32,000 nt of DNA from Candidatus Saccharimonadota bacterium (GCA_023898645.1 CP060232.1:240001-272000), one strand, 5' to 3'. Positions 19,493 to 25,073 are shown, numbered from the stretch's first letter. The notes: a model not told the origin generated them from the letters alone. Made by a program: numbers and translations.

Positions 19493-20462
19493 AATTTCCG
19501 GAATCGAATGAGAGCAGGTAATCTAACGCTGTCAAAGCTAGAGCTTCATTTCTACGGAGTACTTTATTTGTTACTATCGCGTCGGCTAGGTCATGATGAC
19601 GATTATTTGCTGCGACATCAGCAAGTCTATATACATGTGGTTTGATGGTAAAAACAATGAAACGCCGGTTTTCACTCGGTAGACGAGTAAGAGTTTCGCG
19701 TTCAGTTCGTAAATATATCTCATTGCCGGGATCACTTATAGTTGCTGGATCGAGTTGTGGTTTTGATGAAGGAAATATTGCGAGAGCAGAGTTTTGCTCT
19801 AGAAATATATTGTTCCTTGCAAACTGCCTTTCTGGAAACTCAGGCAGACTTATGAGTGATCGATCGACAGTTGCTTTTAGTCTGTCACTATAGCCTGCGA
19901 CTTTTGCGTGCACCTGATCCATGCCTAGCCCTATGAATTTAGGCAGATCCCAATCGGTTGGAGATGCGACGAAGCCCGCGGCCATGATGTGTCGTTCGTC
20001 ATCCTGCTGTTCGACCATACATATATCTTCTTGGCCAAGTAGGCCAGAAATTGCAAGTGCGTCCAAGCTGGAATTATCCGTATTTAGGCTGAATCTTTCG
20101 TCTGTGATTTTATTGATGACATGCGAATTTTCAAGCGTGTAGGCGTCTGGGTATTGATAGGCTAAGTAGTCGGCCTGCAAGACAAGTAGACGTGACGCGG
20201 CTGTTTGAACGGCCGTTTCGCCGATTCGTAAAACGCTGTCGGGATTTCGTATAAATTCTTTTCGTCTTAAATCTATCGACTCTGCAAGCTCGTTGTCTGG
20301 CCAGAACCACGGCAAAAACCGCTTGCTTTCATATTTTTGTTCTGCAATTGGTGACATCCTTCGCATGTTTGGCGCCGGGGAGGTTTTATTAATGAACATG
20401 TGGTTGTGTAAATATTCCACATTGGTTGAAATGACTGCATTACTTTCGGTTCTATGGTCCAT
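19491..20462 (-). CDS. DUF3445-like protein (heme-dependent oxidative N-demethylase-type family, from memory)
   Basis: 323 aa. The segment EDICMVEQQ...AAGFVASPTDWDLPKFIGLGMDQVHAKVAGY...RNNIFL resembles the DUF3445 core as I recall it. Confidence 0.5.
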   Translation of the reverse strand: MDHRTESNAVISTNVEYLHNHMFINKTSPAPNMRRMSPIAEQKYESKRFLPWFWPDNELAESIDLRRKEFIRNPDSVLRIGETAVQTAASRLLVLQADYLAYQYPDAYTLENSHVINKITDERFSLNTDNSSLDALAISGLLGQEDICMVEQQDDERHIMAAGFVASPTDWDLPKFIGLGMDQVHAKVAGYSDRLKATVDRSLISLPEFPERQFARNNIFLEQNSALAIFPSSKPQLDPATISDPGNEIYLRTERETLTRLPSENRRFIVFTIKPHVYRLADVAANNRHHDLADAIVTNKVLRRNEALALTALDYLLSFDSGN

Positions 20463-20602
20463 TTGAAGATAGTTTAGGTGAGTGTGGGAGTGCGGGCAAG
20501 CTTGAGGGGGATGATGTGATGAAAGGACATCGGCTAAAGCCTTTTCCGTTCACTCGCTTAAGAAAATACCTTAGGTGCTTTCTTTCGCTTCGTTCACTAC
20601 AC

Positions 20603-20645
20603 CAAACCTTCGTTCATTTTTGCTGAAGCAAAAATCGAAGGTTTG
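20603..20645. repeat. 43-bp near-perfect palindrome whose outer arms equal the tRNA-Pro T-arm sequence
   Basis: CAAACCTTCG-ttc-ATTTTTGC-tgaa-GCAAAAAT-CGAAGGTTTG. CGAAGGTTTGA is identical to tRNA-Pro positions 48-58 (minus strand, plus-strand coordinates 26892-26902). Confidence 0.6.
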
Positions 20646-20660
20646 AATCTCCGCCACGAA

Positions 20661-20702
20661 CCATAGAAAAACGGCCATCTACAGACGGCCGTTTTTCTAT
20701 GG
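20661..20702. terminator. Bidirectional hairpin, the probable ancestral terminator of tRNA-Pro now separated from it by the island
   Basis: CCATAGAAAAACGGCC-10 nt-GGCCGTTTTTCTATGG has 16-bp arms with A/T runs on both sides. Its right end (TGG) runs directly into TGGTCGG, the complement of the tRNA 3' end CCGACCA. Confidence 0.6.
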
Positions 20703-20706
20703 TCGG
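20700..20706. repeat. Left copy of the 7-bp direct repeat TGGTCGG (candidate att core)
   Basis: Identical to 26874-26880, which is the complement of the 3'-terminal CCGACCA of tRNA-Pro. Confidence 0.5.
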
Positions 20707-20882
20707 CTCGAAGCGACAGTCGTCGAACCTACGATCAAGACAGTTTATATAAGATTTTGCGAAACTATCAGACTTTTAAAGACAGACTGGACAGATTGCA
20801 TCACGTGCTCGATATTGTCGTAAAACCCGAAGGTTTAGATCTCATAAAGTTTACTCCGTAAAAGTAGTATAATATAGGTATT

Positions 20883-21053
20883 ATGAGCGATACGGACGAT
20901 ACCAAAGAAAAAGCTATCATTGAACCGTCACAGGCGGTGGAGTTACCGCCACAACAGTCGGCAACCGATACAAGCAACTGGGATAATAAGGTTTCAACTG
21001 ACCCAAGCGGTGAAAAGTACATACGTACAATAGACGAAGAAGATCTACTTTAA
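20883..21053 (+). CDS. Possible 56-aa acidic, low-complexity protein
   Basis: The ORF MSDTDDTKEKAIIEPSQAVELPPQQSATDTSNWDNKVSTDPSGEKYIRTIDEEDLL is below the track's size cut-off. TATAAT at 20868-20873 lies 9 nt upstream. It competes with an antisense 73-aa ORF. Confidence 0.3.
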   Translation: MSDTDDTKEKAIIEPSQAVELPPQQSATDTSNWDNKVSTDPSGEKYIRTIDEEDLL

Positions 21054-21160
21054 GTCTAGACGCCCCCCTACCTATCAAAGGTGTATTTTTAGAAAAGATA
21101 GTAAACGCACTACTAAGCTAAATTATTGCCGACGAGTAAAAACTGGTTTGTTTCCGTATG

Positions 21161-21212
21161 CCCAACAATAATGGGTGAGAACAGAGGTAAACTTGTTGGG
21201 AAGTCCCAACAA
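21161..21212. promoter_or_regulatory. Three-part 8-mer motif upstream of the OLD gene (possible operator or alternative-pairing element)
   Basis: CCCAACAA (21161-21168), TTGTTGGG (21193-21200) and CCCAACAA (21205-21212). The last two form a perfect 8-4-8 palindrome. Confidence 0.4.
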
Positions 21213-21273
21213 CGATCAAACGAAGTTTAGAGAATTGACAAGTAACCATAACCATTTTGTAAATACTGAATTA

Positions 21274-21282
21274 TGGTATACT
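21274..21282 (+). promoter_or_regulatory. Extended -10 promoter (TGgTATACT) for the OLD gene, probably leaderless
   Basis: TGGTATACT ends 6 nt before the ATG at 21289. The same geometry is seen at many core genes in this window. Confidence 0.45.
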
Positions 21283-21288
21283 TGGCCT

Positions 21289-23223
21289 ATGAAATTAGCA
21301 GAAATAAAAATTAGAGGCTACAAGTCTATAGACGAGCTTGATTTCCCCATACAAAAGTACGGAAAGAGCTACGCCACCATCTTATTGGGTAAAAATGAAA
21401 CAGGTAAAAGCAACGTTCTTGACGCAATTGCAATGACCAAACTGGCGGATAGCAAGGAGGGTGAAACCAGTTTCACGAAAATTAGGAACAGAAAAACCAA
21501 GCCAAGCAAAGTTTCTGTACTGTTTAACTTTTCCGTTGAGACTACCGATGACTATAAGACCGCTCTTATTGAGGCGCCTAATATAGAGTTACCCGATAGT
21601 CTCGTGAACAGCATCAAACTTACCAATATAGTAAAAGAGGCGTACATAAAAGACGGCGATGACAAGTATGGTGTTAGTTTTGATTTTCTCTACGATACAG
21701 TCCCTCGATTGAGCACTTACGGCGTCTTGTTTGCCACAGAACAGGTGCCAGCACAAGCCACAACACCACCTACTCCTGCAAAAACTGTTGAAAAAATCAC
21801 GGTCAAAAAGCTGGCAAGTATCACAGAAAAAGAGGAGGCAGACAAGTACTTAGAATTGAGTGATGATTTACTAAAAGGAATAATTGAAAAAGCACTCGTA
21901 GGCTTCGCAACAAAAAACACCAAAGTGGTTGTAGACAGATGGGAATACGAGCCTAGGTATTTAATCCAAGACAAGATTAAACTAGACGATTTTGTCCAGA
22001 ATGAAGATAATATACCACTTGAGAACATATTTTACCTTGCTGGTTATAAAACATACGATGAAATTGCAAAGGTAATCGAAGAGATAAAAAAAGATGACAA
22101 TGAGAGACGTAGCTTAAGTACAAACTTAACCAAAAAAGCCACTGAGTATTTACATAAAAAGTGGAAAGAACACAAGGTTGATATAGACGTAGAGGTAAGT
22201 ACGGATTACACCGTCAGGGTGACTGTTCAAGATGAAGCTGACACTGGTAACTATTATGATATGATCGACAGAAGCCAAGGCTTTCAGCAGTTTGCTTCAC
22301 TTTTATTTAGTATCTCTATAGGCAGTGCTTCGGGTAGTGTTAAAAATCACGTGATCCTTATTGACGAGCCTGAAGTTCACTTACATCCGTCTGGAGTGAG
22401 ACATATGAGAGATGAGCTATTGAAAATCGGCGAGAGTAATTATCTTTTCGTCTCTACCCATTCCAATTTTATGATAGACGGCAAGCAGAAAGAGCGCCAC
22501 CACCTGCTTACAAAAGGTGACGATAATTCGACTGAAAAAAAGCAAATCAAGACAGAGGAGAACATCAACAATGATGAAGTTCTCGAAACTGCATTCGGGA
22601 TAAACATTATTCTAGATTTTGTATCACCCCACCTATTGCTCGTAGAGGGTGACGACGACAAACAACTACTTGAAAAAGCTCTCAGTGTAGTCAAGCCAGA
22701 TAATGATATAAAGATTAGCAACGGCACAGGTTCTAATATAGTAGCTGATGCTTCTCGGTTAGCCTTCCACGATGTTATACCATTGGTTGTGTCAGACGAC
22801 GATGACGACGGAAGGCAGTATCAAACTGACATACAAAAAATCGGTAAGAATGACTTTAAAAACAAAGCCTTTACGCTCTATGGTTTAACCAGCGACATAG
22901 CAGAAAAGGGTACTATTGAAGATGCAATTCCAATTGGTTTTGTTCAAGACAAGTCTAACGAGGTTCTACACGATAACGGCTTTTCCGACATAGCGCTCGA
23001 CCCCTCCTCTCCGTTTTGCGAGCAAATAAAGTTACACCTTCGAAAAGAGATAAAAGATGTCAGGGGCAAAGCTAAGACGGTTAAAGTTAATAACTTGACT
23101 GCTGTAATTAAAGGTAAGGCTACTGAGTATCCTATAAAAGATATATCGGCTACGACTTCACCTATATTGTTCAAACTAGCAGAAGCAATACTAGCTAAGT
23201 TTGAATTAGCTGACGTCAAATAA
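21289..23223 (+). CDS. OLD-family nuclease (ABC-type ATPase plus Toprim), single-polypeptide (class-1-like) architecture
   Basis: MKLAEIKIRGYKSIDELDF...ILLGKNETGKSNVLDAI (Walker A). QGFQQFASL, VILIDEPEVHLHPSG (Walker B/D-loop), LFVSTHSNFMID (H-loop). C-terminal Toprim with HLLLVEGDDDKQLL and VVSDDDDDGRQ. The start at 21289 removes an unsupported 38-aa GTG extension. Confidence 0.8.
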   Translation: MKLAEIKIRGYKSIDELDFPIQKYGKSYATILLGKNETGKSNVLDAIAMTKLADSKEGETSFTKIRNRKTKPSKVSVLFNFSVETTDDYKTALIEAPNIELPDSLVNSIKLTNIVKEAYIKDGDDKYGVSFDFLYDTVPRLSTYGVLFATEQVPAQATTPPTPAKTVEKITVKKLASITEKEEADKYLELSDDLLKGIIEKALVGFATKNTKVVVDRWEYEPRYLIQDKIKLDDFVQNEDNIPLENIFYLAGYKTYDEIAKVIEEIKKDDNERRSLSTNLTKKATEYLHKKWKEHKVDIDVEVSTDYTVRVTVQDEADTGNYYDMIDRSQGFQQFASLLFSISIGSASGSVKNHVILIDEPEVHLHPSGVRHMRDELLKIGESNYLFVSTHSNFMIDGKQKERHHLLTKGDDNSTEKKQIKTEENINNDEVLETAFGINIILDFVSPHLLLVEGDDDKQLLEKALSVVKPDNDIKISNGTGSNIVADASRLAFHDVIPLVVSDDDDDGRQYQTDIQKIGKNDFKNKAFTLYGLTSDIAEKGTIEDAIPIGFVQDKSNEVLHDNGFSDIALDPSSPFCEQIKLHLRKEIKDVRGKAKTVKVNNLTAVIKGKATEYPIKDISATTSPILFKLAEAILAKFELADVK

Positions 23224-23256
23224 TTACGTCACTTTGATATTGTATTTTACAGACGA

Positions 23257-23484
23257 TTAACGGCCTTGTTCGTTGCGTATGTTCGTATTTGCAAAACCAC
23301 GCTTTGCCATAGCTTCGTCAAAAGTCTTGTCCATATACAACATATCGCCAATCCAGCCGATGAAAAAGTAGTTTGCTGATACACTTCTCCAGAAGGCGCC
23401 CTTGGCGTTGCCTAGATACCAGCGGTTAATCGGCAGTATAAAACTACAGTAGGTTAATGTTTTGTAAGTTTTGCGGTCTTTCAT
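23257..23484 (-). CDS. TM2-domain-like mini membrane protein
   Basis: 75 aa from the ATG at 23484, with AGGA 9 nt upstream. INRWYLGNAKGAFWR...FFIGWIGDMLYMD resembles the hRFYLG...W-x-x-D pattern of TM2 domains (recollection). Confidence 0.45.
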   Translation of the reverse strand: MKDRKTYKTLTYCSFILPINRWYLGNAKGAFWRSVSANYFFIGWIGDMLYMDKTFDEAMAKRGFANTNIRNEQGR

Positions 23485-23527
23485 ATTAGACATTCCTGTT
23501 TAGTTACTATTAACCGTTAGAGTGTCT

Positions 23528-23557
23528 TAAATAAAAAGGGACACCGCCAACGGTGTC
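23528..23557 (-). terminator. Intrinsic terminator at the 3' end of the structured leader (minus strand)
   Basis: The minus-strand RNA reads GACACCG-UUGG-CGGUGUC followed by CCUUUUUAUUU. It lies about 35 nt upstream of the TM2-like start codon. Confidence 0.55.
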
Positions 23558-23676
23558 TAAACTGTTTTTTCCGCAATAAGCTTTCACCTACTGTTTCGGG
23601 CGATGCCCCTTTCTAAGGTGAAATGCCCCGAACGGAAAAACCGACGGTTTCTTATTGCGTATTTTACAGTTTAGAC
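23528..23676 (-). ncRNA. Candidate structured RNA, either a riboswitch-like 5' leader of the TM2-like gene or a stand-alone sRNA (~150 nt)
   Basis: A minus-strand TGcTATAAT places the predicted +1 at 23676, the first base of an 11-bp closing helix (GUCUAAACUGU/ACAGUUUAGAC). A second helix is CGCAAUAAG/CUUAUUGCG. Inner helices are AAACC/GGUUU and UUUCACC/GGUGAAA. UUCGGG/CCCGAA has pseudoknot potential. The element ends in a terminator that shares 3 nt with the closing helix. Confidence 0.45.
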
Positions 23677-23683
23677 AAGGTCT

Positions 23684-23692
23684 ATTATAGCA
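23684..23692 (-). promoter_or_regulatory. Extended -10 promoter (TGcTATAAT on the minus strand) driving the structured RNA
   Basis: Plus-strand ATTATAGCA is the reverse complement of TGCTATAAT. It stands back-to-back with the plus-strand TIR promoters about 35 bp away. Confidence 0.45.
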
Positions 23693-23725
23693 CCGTGTTT
23701 GGTGAAGAAGAATTATTGTATAATA

Positions 23726-23734
23726 TGTTATAAT
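23726..23734 (+). promoter_or_regulatory. Extended -10 promoter (TGtTATAAT) for the TIR operon; a second TATAAT lies at 23719-23724
   Basis: There are tandem TATAAT boxes. A CTAGACTAGA direct repeat follows. The leader carries a GGGAAGGA RBS before the ATG at 23780. Confidence 0.45.
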
Positions 23735-23779
23735 CTAGACTAGACCTTATCTGTAAAAACACAGATGGGAAGGATAAAA

Positions 23780-24364
23780 ATGACGCAGTTTGATGAGCTA
23801 TATAAGGCTTTATACGGAGCCAATCCACCCCAAAAGAAGCCTGTACCGTCGGCTAGCTTGTCTGCGTTTTTGCGTCCCGTACAGCCAGCGCCCCGAGTTA
23901 ACACGGGGTTTTTAGGTTCACAACAAAAACCCCTTGTTAAGTTCAGAAAGCCAAAGGTTTTTGTTAGTTTTGACTATGAGCACGACCGTATATACAAACA
24001 AGCTCTTGATATGTGGGATGCAAATAAGCGTTTCGATTTTACGTTTCAAAGCCACACCCCAAATGAAATACAATCCTTCAACGTGGGTCGCATAAAAGCC
24101 GTTCTTACAACCAAAGTCAAAGAAGCTACCCACGTTATTGTGCTAGTCGGCAAATATGCCAATCAGGTGCACCCCGACACGAAGCTTATAGGTTTTCGAA
24201 ACTGGATAAACTTTGAAGTTTATCAAGCCAGACTTTATAAGAAGAAGATCATCTGTGTAATGCTAGATAACAACAACACGTTACCCGAGTGGTTAGTGAA
24301 CTCTGGTGCAACTCTGGTGAGGAGTTTCAATGAAAAAGACATAATAGAGGCACTTAAAAAATAA
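23780..24364 (+). CDS. ThsB-like TIR-domain protein (DUF1863 / PF08937-type) with a roughly 60-aa low-complexity N-terminal extension
   Basis: KVFVSFDYEHDRIYKQAL (the first TIR strand motif), THVIVLVGKYANQ, and RNWINFEVYQARLYKKKIICVML. The last contains the W-x-x-x-E helix with the conserved Glu, followed by a K-x-I-I-x-V strand. I chose the ATG at 23780 because of the GGGAAGGA RBS. Confidence 0.75.
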   Translation: MTQFDELYKALYGANPPQKKPVPSASLSAFLRPVQPAPRVNTGFLGSQQKPLVKFRKPKVFVSFDYEHDRIYKQALDMWDANKRFDFTFQSHTPNEIQSFNVGRIKAVLTTKVKEATHVIVLVGKYANQVHPDTKLIGFRNWINFEVYQARLYKKKIICVMLDNNNTLPEWLVNSGATLVRSFNEKDIIEALKK

Positions 24365-24373
24365 CTTTTTATT

Positions 24374-25003
24374 ATGACTAAATTATCAGAAGACACAAAG
24401 CTATCCGTACTAAGTGAACACTATAACAACACTGTTGATGGCTTTAAGAAACTTGGCAAGTCAAGAGAGTGGAACTTTACTGCAATACTTCTATTGCTCG
24501 TTGTAATGGCTTTCCAGTACGTATCACCAGATCAGTCGGAAAGCGTACTTACCCAACTTGTTCAGAAACAACTCGGCGTAGACGTAAGCATTAGCATTAG
24601 AGTGATTGGATCGCTTGTCTGGTTTGCTTTATTGTATGTTGCGATTAGGTACTTTCAGAGTGTTATTAACATTGAAAAACAGTATAACTATACCCACCAG
24701 TTAGAGAAAGAACTGGCGAAGAGTTATAAGGGTAAAGCGTTTACTCGTGAGGGTAAGGCATATCTCAATAACTATGCAATTTTCTCTGACTGGGTACATA
24801 TTGTTTATTGGTATATTTTCCCAGCACTTTTCCTGCTAGCTATTACCGCAAAAATTGCAGGCGAATGGCTTGTTGACGCCTCTAACTTAACTTCCGTACT
24901 TCTAAATACGCTAATTTACGTATCTCTCTTTTTATCAACAATTTTGTACGTATACTCTTTACATAAAACAAAGAAGAACACTGAAAAGGACTTACGACAG
25001 TAG
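24374..25003 (+). CDS. 4-TM membrane protein of unknown family, co-operonic with the TIR gene (candidate effector)
   Basis: 209 aa, starting 9 nt after the TIR stop. Soluble N-terminal helix. TM1 FTAILLLLVVMAF and TM2 IRVIGSLVWFALLYVAI. A charged helix follows (EKQYNYTHQLEKELAKSY). TM3 VHIVYWYIFPALFLLAI and TM4 LLNTLIYVSLFLSTILYVY. No enzymatic or known ligand-binding motif was recognised. Confidence 0.6.
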   Translation: MTKLSEDTKLSVLSEHYNNTVDGFKKLGKSREWNFTAILLLLVVMAFQYVSPDQSESVLTQLVQKQLGVDVSISIRVIGSLVWFALLYVAIRYFQSVINIEKQYNYTHQLEKELAKSYKGKAFTREGKAYLNNYAIFSDWVHIVYWYIFPALFLLAITAKIAGEWLVDASNLTSVLLNTLIYVSLFLSTILYVYSLHKTKKNTEKDLRQ

Positions 25004-25073
25004 ACTTTGACATAGGCTTCATCATATACCACAAAACAGTTGAACCTAGACACAAGGTATAATGGTAGAAAAT

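Noticed and set aside
20519-20626. 35-aa basic ORF (MKGHRLKPFPFTRLRKYLRCFLSLRSLHQTFVHFC) preceded by GAGGGGG
   Set aside because: The RBS-like purine run is attractive. However, the peptide is short and low in complexity, and its stop falls in the loop of the 43-bp palindrome. It is more likely non-coding att-site or relic sequence.
20585-20663. Possible plus-strand tRNA ending in CCA at 20663, next to the bidirectional terminator
   Set aside because: It has a T-loop-like GGTTTGAAT and a terminal ACCA. But the T stem (GAAGG versus CTCCG) and the acceptor stem (GCCACGA has no TCGTGGC partner upstream) do not pair. No cloverleaf can be drawn, so at best it is a relic. It is reported in the findings rather than called as a gene.
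20801-21022. 73-aa minus-strand ORF at the island's left end
   Set aside because: I saw no promoter or RBS, and the composition is odd (Cys/Ser/Val-rich). It is antisense to a plus-strand small ORF that does have a TATAAT box. Neither ORF is certain, and I list only the plus-strand one, at low confidence.
21175-21288. GTG-initiated 38-aa N-terminal extension of the OLD ORF, as given in the ORF track
   Set aside because: The conserved ATPase N-terminus (MKLAEIKIRGYKSI) begins at the ATG at 21289. That ATG has a TGgTATACT box 6 nt upstream. The extension would cover the promoter and the palindromic motif.
23518-23529. 12-mer TTAGAGTGTCTT, shared between the structured-RNA region and 29006-29017 (upstream of the GT-C gene)
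   Set aside because: By a rough expectation, many exact 12-mer coincidences are expected by chance in a 32-kb window on two strands. There is no extended similarity around the match.
23528-23676. Retron msr-msd or other reverse-transcriptase-associated ncRNA, considered because an OLD-family nuclease is nearby (as in some retron systems)
   Set aside because: No reverse transcriptase ORF exists anywhere in the island or the window. The RNA is oriented toward the TM2-like gene and ends in a terminator, which fits a leader or sRNA better.
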